The position numbers were made by a program, and so were the translations under genes. 64,000 nt of DNA from Chloroflexota bacterium. GTDB lineage: Bacteria > Chloroflexota > Dehalococcoidia > Lucifugimonadales > JACPCL1. Under the pieces are notes generated by a model. It did not search any database. It was not told the origin of the DNA and worked only from the letters and a program-made list of their open reading frames with translations. Of the stretch, positions 1 through 10,187 are shown one piece after another. Where the stretch lies: contig JACPCL010000037.1 of the NCBI GenBank assembly GCA_016179765.1, forward strand, positions 5,998 through 69,997. Reading direction: 5' to 3'. The number at the start of each line of letters is the position of its first letter. The stretch's first letter is position 1.

Positions 1-811
1 TCAGGTCTTCCACCTCCGCCTTGTTATCGTTGAAGGCGTCGTGGTAGTCAAAGCAGGGGTTGCCCTCCACGTGGCCGGGATCGGTGGCGCGGATGCGCGT
101 CGGGTCGGTGTACATGCCGCGCACCTTGCGCTCCACCGTGGCCGCGTCGTCGAAAAGGTAGATAACGTTGCCGATGCTCTTGCTCATCTTGGACTGGCCG
201 TCGGTGCCCGTGAGGCGGGCCACGCGGCCTACCAGGGCTTGCGGCTCCGGGAAGGTCTCGCCGAACATGCGGTTGAAGCGGCGGACGACCTCGCGGGTCA
301 TCTCAATGTGCGGAACCTGGTCCTCACCCACGGGCACCAGGTGGGCCCTGGGCAACGCAATGTCCGCCGCCTGGCTTACGGGATAGGTAAAAAAACCCAC
401 CGATACTCGCTCGCCACGCGTTGTCACGCCTTCGGAGTCGCCTTCAATGCGCTCCCGCTCGGCCTTCAGCGTAGGGTTGCGCTCCAGCCAGCCCAGGGGC
501 GTGACCATGGAGAGGAGCATCGCAAGCTCGGCGTGCTCTGGCACGTAGCTCTGCACCACAAAGGTGCTACGCTCCGGGTCCAGGCCCACGGCCAGCCAGT
601 CCATGCCTACCTCTATGACCGAGCGCCGTATGCCGGCGATGTCGTCCAGGTGGTCGCCAAGCGCCTGGTAATCGGCGATGAGGAAGAAGCAGTCGTACTG
701 CTCTTGCAGGCGCACCCAGTTCTCCAGGGCGCCCACGTAGTGGCCCAGGTGGAGGGCGCCGGTGGGCCGGACGCCGGTGAGGATGCGTTTCTTGGTTGGG
801 AGACTTGTCAT
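1..811 (-). CDS. trpS: Tryptophanyl-tRNA synthetase (3' end runs off window)
   Basis: Hand translation from ATG 811: [27 protein letters not shown] (HIGH motif); later [12 protein letters not shown] and [10 protein letters not shown] (KMSKS). Downstream of a Trp T-box. Confidence 0.95.
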   Translation of the reverse strand, partial: MTSLPTKKRILTGVRPTGALHLGHYVGALENWVRLQEQYDCFFLIADYQALGDHLDDIAGIRRSVIEVGMDWLAVGLDPERSTFVVQSYVPEHAELAMLLSMVTPLGWLERNPTLKAERERIEGDSEGVTTRGERVSVGFFTYPVSQAADIALPRAHLVPVGEDQVPHIEMTREVVRRFNRMFGETFPEPQALVGRVARLTGTDGQSKMSKSIGNVIYLFDDAATVERKVRGMYTDPTRIRATDPGHVEGNPCFDYHDAFNDNKAEVEDL

Positions 812-877
812 AGATTGATCACTCCCTGTTGATTTGCGCGGGCAAAGAGGCAAACGGGCAAGCTGGCAAGAAGACAA

Positions 878-1324
878 CTACCGCTTGTCTTGTTTACCCC
901 CCTCGTTTCCCTTGGCGTACGTCTTGGGGGTTTCACCTAGAGACTTCATCCTAAGCGTCACAGCCTTTTGGACTTCGGTGCATTGGTCCAAGAGACGCAC
1001 CGCATCCTCAGCAGAAAGCAGACCCTGACGGGACAGCAAGTCCAGCCAGGACTCGGCTTCAAATGCAGACCCTCTGGCGATGGAAAGGTGGCTCCTGTAG
1101 GCAGCCTGTGAGAATCGCCCATAACCTTCCGCGATGTTGGCAGGAACCGAAGCAGCGGCCCTTAGCAACTGCCCTCCAATGGTTTCTGCCACTCTGTCCC
1201 TTGCGGGCAATGCTCCAACCACCTGAGCCACAGCAGCAGCAAAGTCCTGAGCTTTTTGCCACAGGGCCATTTGCCTGAACTCAGACCCGATATGCTTTGC
1301 ACCGAACTCTTTGCCCGTTTGCAT
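878..1324 (-). CDS. Four-helix-bundle protein (23S rRNA IVS protein / S23 family)
   Basis: WQKA...QLLRAAASVPANIAEGYGR...HLSIARGSAFE signature; start taken at MQTGK. Confidence 0.9.
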   Translation of the reverse strand: MQTGKEFGAKHIGSEFRQMALWQKAQDFAAAVAQVVGALPARDRVAETIGGQLLRAAASVPANIAEGYGRFSQAAYRSHLSIARGSAFEAESWLDLLSRQGLLSAEDAVRLLDQCTEVQKAVTLRMKSLGETPKTYAKGNEGGKQDKR

Positions 1325-1346
1325 GTTTGCCTGCTTGCCCGTCCCC

Positions 1347-2702
1347 CTACAGCCTCGGCACGCCCCGCAGCGCGGCCTCCACCTCTGCACGCGGATAGGC
1401 GTAGTCCTCCAGGCGGCCGGAGAGGTAGGCGTCGTAGGCAGCCATGTCAAAGTAGCCGTGGCCGCACAGGTTGAAGAGGATGGTCTTGGCCTGGCCGCTC
1501 TCCTTGCACTTGAGGGCTTCGTCTATGGCTACCTTGATGGCGTGGGCAGGCTCCGGCGCGGGCACGATGCCCTCGGTGCGGGCGAAGAGCACTGCTGCCT
1601 CAAACACCGGGTTCTGGTGGACGGCGCGGGCCTCAATGATGCCCTCGTCGCACAGCAAGCTGATCAGAGGGGACATGCCGTGGTAGCGCAGGCCGCCGGC
1701 GTGGATAGCAGGGGGCACGAAGGTGTGGCCCAGGGTGAACATCTTGATAAGGGGCGTCAGGCCCACGGTGTCGCCGAAGTCGTAGGTGTAGACGCCGCGG
1801 GTGATGCTGGGGGCGGCCTCCGGTTCCACGGCGATAAGCTCCACCTTGCTCTTGCCTTCCAGTTTGTCCTTGACGAAGGGGAATGCGATGCCGCCGAAGC
1901 TGCTGCCTCCGCCCACGCAGCCAATCACCATATCCGGGTACTCGCCCAGCCGCTCAAAGGCCGTCTTGCACTCCTGGCCGATGACCGTCTGGTGCATGAG
2001 GACGTGGTTGAGCACGCTACCTAGGGAGTACTTGGTGTCCTCCCGCTTGGCGGCGTCCTCCACCGCCTCGCTGATGGCGATGCCCAGACTACCTGGCGAG
2101 TTGGGATGCTCGGCCAGGATACTGCGTCCGCCCTCAGTGTCCTGGCTGGGGCTAGCGACGACGCTTGCACCCCAGGTCTCCATCATGGAGCGGCGGTAGG
2201 GCTTTTGCTGGTAGCTGACCTTCACCATGTACACCTTGCACTCCAGGCCGAACTGGCGGCAGGAGAAGGCAAGGGCGCTACCCCACTGGCCCGCGCCAGT
2301 CTCGGTGGTGAGGCGCTTGACCCCCTGGGCCTTGTTGTAGAAGGCCTGGGCCACGGCGGTATTGGGCTTGTGGCTGCCTGCGGGGCTGACCCCTTCGTAC
2401 TTGTAATAGATACGTGCCGGGGTGTCCAGCGCCTTCTCCAGACGGTGCGCCCGGAAGAGGGGTGTGGGCCGCCACAGCTTGTACACCTCCCGCACCTCCT
2501 CGGGAATCTCAATCCAACGCTCCTGGCTTACCTCCTGTCCAATGAGGGCCATGGGGAAGAGGGGGGCCAGGTCGTCCGGCCCAATGGGCTTCTTGGTGCC
2601 GGGGTGCACCACCGGCGGTAGGGGTTTGGGGAGGTCTGCCTGGATGTTATACCAGGCCCGAGGGATATCCTGCTCCTCCAGAAGTACCTTCGTGTCAGCC
2701 AT
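1347..2702 (-). CDS. trpB2: TrpB-like PLP enzyme (tryptophan synthase beta, type 2)
   Basis: [33 protein letters not shown]; AGGAGG RBS before MADTK. Confidence 0.95.
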   Translation of the reverse strand: MADTKVLLEEQDIPRAWYNIQADLPKPLPPVVHPGTKKPIGPDDLAPLFPMALIGQEVSQERWIEIPEEVREVYKLWRPTPLFRAHRLEKALDTPARIYYKYEGVSPAGSHKPNTAVAQAFYNKAQGVKRLTTETGAGQWGSALAFSCRQFGLECKVYMVKVSYQQKPYRRSMMETWGASVVASPSQDTEGGRSILAEHPNSPGSLGIAISEAVEDAAKREDTKYSLGSVLNHVLMHQTVIGQECKTAFERLGEYPDMVIGCVGGGSSFGGIAFPFVKDKLEGKSKVELIAVEPEAAPSITRGVYTYDFGDTVGLTPLIKMFTLGHTFVPPAIHAGGLRYHGMSPLISLLCDEGIIEARAVHQNPVFEAAVLFARTEGIVPAPEPAHAIKVAIDEALKCKESGQAKTILFNLCGHGYFDMAAYDAYLSGRLEDYAYPRAEVEAALRGVPRL

Positions 2703-2766
2703 ATGAACCTCCTTTTTCTTGCGGCAGCTTTTGCCAGGCCGCCCTTGTACCGGTGTACCTCTCAGG

Positions 2767-3066
2767 TCACCCTGGCCGGAAAAGCTCCTCCAGGGTCTGG
2801 CCGATCCGCGCCCTAATGGCCCCCTCAAAGGAGCGCAAGGGGAGCGGAACGGCCATGTCCAACACGACGTGCGACTCGGTGGCCTCCAGGATGCCCTGAA
2901 ACCGGTGCCCCACCGCCCTGAAACTGAACCGCATGGCGTCTCCCTCCCATGAGGCGTCTACCTGACTGGCGGAGCTGCCGTACTGACGCATAAGGACGGG
3001 CAGCACATCCTGTACCTTGGCCCTGGCGGCCTCTTTGGACAGGTGATGGGGCCGGGACACCTTCAT
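2767..3066 (-). CDS. Polyhydroxyalkanoic acid system (PHA_gran_rgn-like) protein
   Basis: 99 aa; [16 protein letters not shown]...[11 protein letters not shown]...[14 protein letters not shown] pattern. Confidence 0.7.
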   Translation of the reverse strand: MKVSRPHHLSKEAARAKVQDVLPVLMRQYGSSASQVDASWEGDAMRFSFRAVGHRFQGILEATESHVVLDMAVPLPLRSFEGAIRARIGQTLEELFRPG

Positions 3067-3088
3067 GGCTTTGGCTCCTGTGCGCGCT

Positions 3089-3432
3089 CTAACACAAAAA
3101 GGGAAAGCCCCACCCACAAGGGGCGGGGCTTTCCGCGTTGCCACCCTAGTTCGTCCCGGTCACCTCGGGACCTTTTTGCAGCGTCGTCTCACACCTTCAT
3201 CCTGCCCTCTCCCATCAAGGGAGAGGGGGTAAGGGGGAGAGTAACGCCTGGGCCGGTAACGGCGCCCTCCCGGCAGCGCCTACCCCCCCGCCGAGCGAGG
3301 GATCGGGCTGCAGCTCCAGGATCCATTCAGACTTTCCGTCTAGCGCCGGTTCACACCCTTCATCCCGATGTCATCGGGATTGCCCCGGCTCTCTGGGCCA
3401 CGTGAAAGGCTTACTCTTTCCCTTCGCAGCTT
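3089..3432 (-). ncRNA. T-box riboswitch, Trp specifier
   Basis: Minus strand: AGUA, AGAGAGCCGG, GUGUGAA in stem I; specifier CUGAAUGG (UGG at 3323-3325); CCGUUA box; T-box AACUAGGGUGGCAACGCG; terminator hairpin plus U-tract. Confidence 0.92.
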
Positions 3433-3455
3433 TTCGTCACTCTTCTATGGTGCTG

Positions 3456-3485
3456 AGTATAGGGACGGCCCCCAACCCATGTCAA
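3456..3485 (-). promoter_or_regulatory. Sigma70-type promoter for T-box leader
   Basis: TTGACA-N18-TATACT just upstream of stem I. Confidence 0.7.
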
Positions 3486-3536
3486 GCCCAGGTAGGTTGC
3501 CGGGGGTCCGCAAGGAGGGGGACGCAGCCTTCGCTT

Positions 3537-3824
3537 TTACTGGCACACCGGCGTGTACTCTGCGATGAGCTGCTTCTGCCGTTCTTCAATCCTAGCTTGC
3601 CCTGCGCCGGCCATAATCTCGGCGTACCAGATATTGGGTTCGTTGGCGGTGATGTTCGGGCTATCGTTGTTGACGTGCCGCAGCATTCGCGCTTTGATAT
3701 CGCCGCTGTTGCCTACAAAAAGGGCAATGCCGTCCTTAAAGATGCCATAGACCCCGGGTCGGAACCCAGGAAACGCCATCACGTCTTTCCGGTTGTAGGG
3801 GCGCTGCTCACCTTGAAAGGGCAT
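3537..3824 (-). CDS. Small GIY-YIG-like protein, degenerate active site
   Basis: PGVYGIF...LFVGNSGDIKARMLRH...QKQLIAEYTPVCQ; AAGGAGG RBS. Confidence 0.6.
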   Translation of the reverse strand: MPFQGEQRPYNRKDVMAFPGFRPGVYGIFKDGIALFVGNSGDIKARMLRHVNNDSPNITANEPNIWYAEIMAGAGQARIEERQKQLIAEYTPVCQ

Positions 3825-3978
3825 ATCATCCTCCTTGCGCAGAGGGATTTGCTGAGTTGCCAAGCGATTGAGGTGCAGCCACTGAACCAAGAGAGTTCCG
3901 TGGCCGCCACGGTGGACCTTCCGCCCCCACCTACCCCACGGCTGAGACGGAAGGATGTGTCCAAAACGCACTATATAT

Positions 3979-4231
3979 CCGGGATTTCCCATTTCAATTC
4001 GGGCTGTCTCCGTCAACCCCAGTGCCCCGTCCAGTTCCCGACAGGCCAGCAGTCCCGTATCCGAGGTGATCCTGGCCCCGTGGAACTCCAGTCTCAGCCG
4101 CTCGTCGAATTGAAGTCTACAGTGCCTGCTGACCCTTTTCACCCATTAGGTTCCTCCAGCCAGTTGCGCTTTTAAGGCTATTCTACCATAGGAACCTACC
4201 TACGGGCGAAGGTGAATATGGGAAATCCAGG
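3979..4231 (-). mobile_element. Internally deleted IS1380-family element (MITE-like)
   Basis: IRs CCGGGATTTCCCAT (3979-3992) / ATGGGAAATCCAGG (4218-4231); frameshifted N-terminus MGEKGQQ..LQFDERLRLEFHGARITSDTGLLACRELD. Confidence 0.8.
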
Positions 4232-4304
4232 CTAAACTGACCTATTCACTGGACAATGACAAGGGAAAAGACAGAGCTGCCAAAGGGGGCTCTCTTCGTC
4301 TCCT

Positions 4305-5717
4305 CTATCCGTTGTTTCTTGCCGGTCTCCTGACCAAGTAAACGACCACAGCGGCTATTATTGCCGCCACCACCATGCCTACCACGACCCAGACCCATTG
4401 GAAGGGCTTGGGAACCACTGGACGCACCGGTGTGGGGGTGGGTGTACGGACCGGCGGTGGCGGGGTGGGAGTAGAGGTAGGCGTCACCACCGGCGGCGGG
4501 GCAAGCGTTGGGGTCGGCGCCGGACTCGGTGTAGGCGCAGGCAGGGCCCGGGTCAACACGGCAAACAGAGTGAAGTGGCTGGTCCGCCCGGTAATGGTGT
4601 TGGTAACCGGGTCTACTAGAATATCGCTCAACTGGGTCCACTGGCCTAGGGTCCTATCATAGTAGGCTATTACCAGGTCTTCTTCTCGTACCCCCGGTGA
4701 TATCAAAGCTGGGTCATACGGGAAGGTCACCGATATAGGAGGAGCAAAGGTTGCCCCGTCTGGCTTAAAGTCATAGGGCAGTCCAATGAAACGCTGTTCA
4801 GGGGGAGCAGGCGGAGGCGCCACGAAAGGCTCAATGCTTATGCTTTCCAGAGGCCTGCCCTCCGCGGTCAGGGCCCTGGTCCCTACAGGTGCATCTATCG
4901 TGGCCGTCCCATCTGCCGAGGTGGCCACCACCCTTTCTGTTATGATACCTGCGGACGTAATCCTCCCCGTCAGGTTCACTGTCACCGGTGGCACAGGAAT
5001 CGGGGTGGGAATGGGCGTGGGCGTGGGTGTGACCGTAGGCGTCCGCGTAGGTGAAAGTGTCGGCGTAGGCGTCAATGTTCCTGTGGGAGTAGGCATAGGC
5101 GTCGCCGTGGGCGTTGGCGTGAGTGTAGGCGTAGGTGTTGGTGTAGGGCTGAACGTTGCAGTAGGCGTCAACCCTCCTCCTCCACCTCCGCCTGCGGGTT
5201 GCGTAGCCGTGGCTGTGGCGGTGGCCGTAGCTGTAGGCGTAGCCGTGGCTGTGGCAGTGGCCGTAGCTGTAGGCGTAGCCGTGGCTGTGGGCGTGGGTAG
5301 GAGCCCCGGCTGTGACACAAGGGTCAAATTCAGCCGTTGTACATCTTGCGGGTAATACGGCCACTCCTGCGGGGCGAATGCCCCTACGGTGCCAGAGGGC
5401 GTCACTTTGAAGCGTATGGTAAGGCCGACGTCCGCGTCGCTGCCCCGAACAATGAGCTTTGGGTCACCGCCACCCGCGCCGCCGTACTGGCCTGCTACGG
5501 TTGTGGTAATGCAACCCTTGCTTACATCCTGTAGGTAGCCGCAAACCTCAGTGCCAGAGGGCGCAGGTGTGCCGGCGATGGTGATGGTCCCCCAGAAGGC
5601 GGCCGGCAGGGGCGGTATCCCCCCCTGCGGCAGCACGAGGGTTCCGCCAGCCCCTAGCCATAGCAGCAGGCCAAGGGCAGGCGCAACTGCAAGCGTCCAT
5701 CTCGGGAGGCGTGGCAT
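4305..5717 (-). CDS. Membrane-anchored Pro/Thr-rich cell-surface protein
   Basis: Signal peptide, [22 protein letters not shown] domain, TA/TP linkers, [10 protein letters not shown]...SHFTLFAV domain, C-terminal TM plus RR tail. Confidence 0.8.
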   Translation of the reverse strand: MPRLPRWTLAVAPALGLLLWLGAGGTLVLPQGGIPPLPAAFWGTITIAGTPAPSGTEVCGYLQDVSKGCITTTVAGQYGGAGGGDPKLIVRGSDADVGLTIRFKVTPSGTVGAFAPQEWPYYPQDVQRLNLTLVSQPGLLPTPTATATPTATATATATATPTATATATATATQPAGGGGGGGLTPTATFSPTPTPTPTLTPTPTATPMPTPTGTLTPTPTLSPTRTPTVTPTPTPIPTPIPVPPVTVNLTGRITSAGIITERVVATSADGTATIDAPVGTRALTAEGRPLESISIEPFVAPPPAPPEQRFIGLPYDFKPDGATFAPPISVTFPYDPALISPGVREEDLVIAYYDRTLGQWTQLSDILVDPVTNTITGRTSHFTLFAVLTRALPAPTPSPAPTPTLAPPPVVTPTSTPTPPPPVRTPTPTPVRPVVPKPFQWVWVVVGMVVAAIIAAVVVYLVRRPARNNG

Positions 5718-5727
5718 GCTCCTTATA

Positions 5728-8241
5728 TTACCAGACTGGCGTCATGCTGAATCCCGCCAGGGTGTCGGAGGCAGCCATGTAGACAAAGTAGCCACGCCAC
5801 CGCGCCAGGGAGGGTATGTCAGTGGTGTTGTTCCAGGACCAGACCACCGACGTGCCGTCAAAGGGTAGCGACACCACCTGGGTGAAGTTCGGGACGGTGC
5901 TGGCGGGGATGTTGTACAGGCTGCCCAGGAGCTCGTTGGCAGGCAGGCTCACGGTGTTCGGGGGCAGCGCCGTGCCCGCCAGGTTCCAGCCAGCGCTCAA
6001 GGCCCTAGTCGGTGGCGAGGATATGTCCTGGCTCACCAGCAGCCGGACCTGGTGGCTGGTGGTGGAACGGACGACGATGGCCTCCAGGGGCAGGATGGTG
6101 TCCCCAGTCACAATCTGGTCCCAGGCCTGGGTCACGGCGTTGAACCTGTAGGCGATCGTGACATTCGCCGGGTCCATCATGCCGTCCTGGGAGGAGGCGC
6201 CGAAGGTCCCCGCGGTGGTGAATACCTTGTTCTTGAGCGTCGTGGCGCGGAGAGGGATAGAGAAGCTGGACCAGCCTGCCCTCAGGGTTGTGCCCAGGGC
6301 CGTGAGCTCCGAGGCGTCGGCCAGGGAAGCCGCGTCGGCCTGGGGCTTGCCAGCGATCGCCAATACGACCTCCGACAGCGTGGCCCCGTCGGACCTGGCC
6401 ATGCCCGGCACGCGCACCAGGGAGTCGGATAGAGTGGCCCCGTCCGCCTTGGGCAAGCCCAGGAGCAGGCTCTCGGCCAGGGTCGCTGCGTCAGCCTTAG
6501 GCAGCCCCAGCAGCAGGGCGGCCGCCAGGCCTACGGCCTCGGAGCGGGGCAGGTTCAGCGCCTTCTGGAGGGCGTCGGCCAGGGAGGCGGTGTCCTCCCG
6601 AGGGAGGGTCAGGCCCTTGAGGATGGAGTCCGTTAGGGAAGCGGCGTCGCCGCGAGGCAGCGTCGCCGCCACCTGGAGGGTGGCGGCCAGGGTGGTGGCG
6701 TCAGCCCGGGGCATGTTCAGCGTCTTCTGGAGGGCGTCGGCCAGGGCGGCAGTGTCCTGCCTGGGCAGCGTCAGGCCCTTGAGGATGGAGTCCGCCAGGG
6801 AAGCGGCGTCGCCGCGAGGCATAGTCGCCGCCACCTGGAGGGTGGCGGCCAGGGTGGCGGCGTCGGAGCGGGAGATGGCCAGCGCGTTCTGAAGGGCATC
6901 GGCCAGGGCGGCCTGCTCCTGCCTGGGCAGCGTCAGGCTCTTGAGGACGGAGTCCGCCAGGGCCATCCCGTCGGCCCGGGGCAGCGCGGCGGCCACCTGG
7001 AGCGTCGCCGCCAGGGCGACCGCCTCGGAGCGGGGCAGGCCCAGGGCGTTCTGAAGGCCGTCGGTCAGGACCGCTGCGTCAGCCTTGGGCAGGCCCAGCA
7101 GGACGCTCTCCGCCAGGGTCGCTGCGTCAGTCTTCGGCAGGCCCAGCAAGAGGGCGGCGGCCAGGCTTATGGCCTCAGAGCGGGGCAGGCCCAGCGCCTT
7201 CTGGAGGGCGTCGGCCAGGGCAGCGGTATCTTCCCGCGGCAGCGTCAGGCTCTTGAGGAGGGAGTCCGCCAGGGCCACCCCGTCGGCCCGGGGCAGCGCG
7301 GCGGCCACCTGGAGCGTCGCCGCCAGAGTGACGGCGTCGCCCCGGGAGATGGCCAGCGCGTTCTGGAGGGCGTCGGCCAGGGAGGCAGTGTCCTGCTTGG
7401 GCAGCGTCAGATTATTGAGGATGGAGTCCGCCAGGGAAGCGGCGTCGCCCCGGGGCATGGTGGCCGCCATCTGGAGGGTCGCCGCCAGGGTGGCGGCGTC
7501 GTCCCGGGAGATGTTCAGGGTCTTCTGAATGGTGTCGGCCAGGGCCGCCGTGTCCGCCTTCGGCAGGCCCAGGAGCAGGCTCTCGGCCAGGGTCGCTGCA
7601 TCAGCCTTAGGTAGCCCCAGCAGCAGGGCGGCAGCCAGCGTCACGGCCTCGGACCGGGAGATGGCCAGCACGTTCTGGAGGGCGTCGGCCAGGGCGGCGG
7701 TGTCCTGCTTGGGCAACGTCAGGCTCTTGAGGATGGAGTCCACCAGGGCCACCCCGTCGGCCCGGGGCAGGGTGGCCGCCACCTGGAGCGTCGCCGCCAG
7801 GGTGACGGCGTCATCTCGCGAGATGTTCAGGACCTTCTGAATGGCGTCGGCCAGGGCCGCCGTGTCCTGCCGAGGTATGCCCAGCAGGAGGCTCTCGGCC
7901 AGGGAAGCGGCGTCGCCGCGGGGCATGGTGGCCGCCGCCTGGAGCGCCGCCGCCAGGGCTGCGGCGTCGGAGCGGGGCAGGCCCAGGGCGTTCTGCAGGG
8001 TTTCGGCGAGAGCGGCGGTATCACTCCTGGGGAAGGTGGCCGCCTTCTGGACCGATTCGGTAACGGTTACGGCGTCCGGGCACCCTATCCTCAGGATGGT
8101 CCCTCCGCCGGTAAACTGGATGAGAGAGCAGTTACCCAGGGTCTCTACATCAATGATCGCCCAGACGGTCGTGGGCAGAAGGACTCCCAGCAGCAGGGCC
8201 AGGATGCCCGAGAGGACCCATACATTCAGGAGCTTGCGCAT
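5728..8241 (-). CDS. Secreted protein with about 34 tandem 16/18-aa repeats and C-terminal LxxGWNL surface domain
   Basis: Signal peptide; repeat P[RK]xDxAxLAD[AS]Lxx; C-terminal [11 protein letters not shown] / LSAGWNLAG / GYFVYM. Confidence 0.85.
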   Translation of the reverse strand: MRKLLNVWVLSGILALLLGVLLPTTVWAIIDVETLGNCSLIQFTGGGTILRIGCPDAVTVTESVQKAATFPRSDTAALAETLQNALGLPRSDAAALAAALQAAATMPRGDAASLAESLLLGIPRQDTAALADAIQKVLNISRDDAVTLAATLQVAATLPRADGVALVDSILKSLTLPKQDTAALADALQNVLAISRSEAVTLAAALLLGLPKADAATLAESLLLGLPKADTAALADTIQKTLNISRDDAATLAATLQMAATMPRGDAASLADSILNNLTLPKQDTASLADALQNALAISRGDAVTLAATLQVAAALPRADGVALADSLLKSLTLPREDTAALADALQKALGLPRSEAISLAAALLLGLPKTDAATLAESVLLGLPKADAAVLTDGLQNALGLPRSEAVALAATLQVAAALPRADGMALADSVLKSLTLPRQEQAALADALQNALAISRSDAATLAATLQVAATMPRGDAASLADSILKGLTLPRQDTAALADALQKTLNMPRADATTLAATLQVAATLPRGDAASLTDSILKGLTLPREDTASLADALQKALNLPRSEAVGLAAALLLGLPKADAATLAESLLLGLPKADGATLSDSLVRVPGMARSDGATLSEVVLAIAGKPQADAASLADASELTALGTTLRAGWSSFSIPLRATTLKNKVFTTAGTFGASSQDGMMDPANVTIAYRFNAVTQAWDQIVTGDTILPLEAIVVRSTTSHQVRLLVSQDISSPPTRALSAGWNLAGTALPPNTVSLPANELLGSLYNIPASTVPNFTQVVSLPFDGTSVVWSWNNTTDIPSLARWRGYFVYMAASDTLAGFSMTPVW

Positions 8242-8519
8242 GGTTGCTGTCCTTATAATGACAGGTGGCTCATAATCATTGGCAATGTAACGCTTGACAC
8301 ACGGCCCGCCACTTTTGTCATTCTGAGTCCTTCCGTGGAAGGACGAAGAATCTTGTTCGCCCTCAGAGAGAAACGCCTCAGGGCAATCCCGACACGTCGG
8401 GACTTGGGCAGGCAGACAAGATGCATTCGGTGGTCCTTCCTACGCGGGAAGGACTCCCTCAGCATGACATCGGTCTGTATCCCCTTGTGTCAACTGAGAC
8501 ATCACCTCATTATTCATCA

Positions 8520-8996
8520 TTACTTGCTGGACCCGCTCTGCTTCACCTTGCCCTGGGCGTCCCGCACCACGAACTCCACCTGCTCGCCGATGCTGGCTTC
8601 CTCATTCGTGCCCTTTGGCGTCGTTCCCCCACGCAACTGAACTGTCTGGGCCTTTGCCGCCGCCTCCTGGAGCTGCGCGGCCAGGGCCGCGGCTCGCTCC
8701 TCGGTCAGGCCCAGGGCCGATTGCAGCGCAGGAACAAGGGCAGCGCCACTATCCCCTGTGGGGGCCGTGGCTGCCGCCGACTGAAGCTGCACCGCCAGGG
8801 CCGAAGCCTGCTCCGCCGTAAGGCCCAGCGTCCGCTCCAGGGTCTGGGCGAGGGACGGCGCCTCCTCTCCGATAAATGCGGAGTCTTCGACTTGGCGGCT
8901 GACGGCGGCGATGATAATCCACAGGGATATGGCGATGCCCAGGACCAGCGCCAGCATCCCACCGCCAAAGACCGCGTATTTGGTCCGAGGAGCCAT
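8520..8996 (-). CDS. Membrane-anchored protein with four of the same repeats and a C-terminal beta-hairpin motif
   Basis: N-terminal TM; SLAQTLERTLGL/ALAVQLQSAA units; ends EEASIGEQVEFVVRDAQGKVKQSG. Confidence 0.75.
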   Translation of the reverse strand: MAPRTKYAVFGGGMLALVLGIAISLWIIIAAVSRQVEDSAFIGEEAPSLAQTLERTLGLTAEQASALAVQLQSAAATAPTGDSGAALVPALQSALGLTEERAAALAAQLQEAAAKAQTVQLRGGTTPKGTNEEASIGEQVEFVVRDAQGKVKQSGSSK

Positions 8997-9072
8997 GCTC
9001 CCATCTACCTTGATCTGTCACCGCCGACTTAGTCGAGAGCCTCGACCTCCGGTCGGGCCTGAGGGACTTCAT

Positions 9073-9285
9073 GTCGTTGCGAGCCCCGATACAATTGGGG
9101 CGTGGCAACCTGGTGGTGGGGTCTACCACCCCGCCAGATTGCTTCGCTCGCTCGCAATGACAACCCGACGGGGTTCGTTCGTCGTCATTGCGAGCCCCGA
9201 TTTCATCGGGGCGTGGCAACCTGGGGTAGGGGGGCACCCCGCCCCAGATTCTTCGTCCCGACTATATCGGGACGAAGAATCTGGG
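9073..9285. repeat. Cluster of GTCATTGCGAG...CTCGCAATGAC-type palindromic repeats
   Basis: Two near-direct copies of GTC(G/A)TTGCGAGCCCCGAT..GGGGCGTGGCAACCTGG plus an inverted GATTGCTTCG..CTCGCAATGAC; relatives at about 8318, 13272 and 28347. Confidence 0.8.
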
Positions 9286-9375
9286 GCTGCTCAACACTCT
9301 CATGGGGGCAAGGGGGCGGCTTTGGCGCGCCGCCCCTGCCCTTCAACTATGGGCTTGTGTCAGCCTCTACGCGGC

Positions 9376-10008
9376 CTAGGTAACGGTTATCGTCCACGTC
9401 ACCTGCAGCGTGTCGGCAGCGGCCAGGACGATGGTGACTAGCTTGACGGCCCCAATGGTTGCCGTAGTGGGGGCAGTGGAAGCCGCGAGGGTTTTGCTGA
9501 GCTCAAGCTCGTTGATCGTCGACGCATCAGTAGCCGTGAAGGTCGTAACAGCCGTGTAAACGCCCTGGCTCGTGTTCGTAACGGAGGCCAACACGGGGTT
9601 TGTACCGATGTTAGACGAAAGGGTACAGGCTGCGGTCGGGGTGGCGCCGTTTGCAGTGACCCCCGTCGAGGCAGTTGAGCACGCCGAGATGTTCGAATAT
9701 AGTGCAGCAGCATCCACGGTGGTTACCGTGCTGAGCCGGGTTCGTGCGTCATTCACGAAGTTACTCGAAGTGAAGTTGTGGCCAACGCCCTGTGACTTCA
9801 GAACACCGTCAGCGCCAAACACCTTCCAGTCAACGTTGGTCTTGATCAAAGCGTTCTCGCCGGCGCCGCCGCTTGGGTTGAAGGCCCACAGGGCCATGGC
9901 GGCTATCAGGGCCAGCACTACGACCAACGCTGGTATCCCAAACCTTACCAATCTTGCTTGACTCGCCATTCTCAGCCTCCTTATGGCTACTCGTTGGTTG
10001 GTGTCCAC
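9376..10008 (-). CDS. Exported beta-rich protein resembling small phage tail/fibre structural proteins
   Basis: TM/signal, then VDWKVFGADGVLKSQGVGHN...TTFTA..INELEL...DTLQVTWTITVT. Family resemblance is from memory. Confidence 0.65.
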   Translation of the reverse strand: MDTNQRVAIRRLRMASQARLVRFGIPALVVVLALIAAMALWAFNPSGGAGENALIKTNVDWKVFGADGVLKSQGVGHNFTSSNFVNDARTRLSTVTTVDAAALYSNISACSTASTGVTANGATPTAACTLSSNIGTNPVLASVTNTSQGVYTAVTTFTATDASTINELELSKTLAASTAPTTATIGAVKLVTIVLAAADTLQVTWTITVT

Positions 10009-10187
10009 ATTACCGTCCGCCCCAGGCGGACAGGATAGTCCCTGTGTGACCTTCTTTTTGGTTTATCTCTTCATTCGCCTGCTCACCTCCGTGTAGAAGG
10101 GGATAGTCTCCGTGCCAACAACCATGCCGGGGAATGCTTAAGAGACCTAACCCCCTTTCCTCATAGCGCTGACAGGCGCCTGGGTAA

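Noticed and set aside
41-832. 263-aa plus-strand ORF and the many other long antisense ORFs (e.g. 15322-16632, 34602-35903, 38330-39490, 39711-41096)
   Set aside because: Shadows of well-supported opposite-strand genes in high-GC DNA; no motifs.
878-1324. Possible DGR accessory protein Avd (same fold)
   Set aside because: No reverse transcriptase or TR/VR pair with adenine-specific mismatches in the window.
5010-5300. Short tandem DNA repeats (also about 48100 and 49530)
   Set aside because: They encode ordinary TA/TP linkers in frame; not CRISPR or a phase-variable tract.
5728-8241. CRISPR-like or DGR-like periodicity
   Set aside because: Repeats are contiguous, in-frame coding units without unique spacers.
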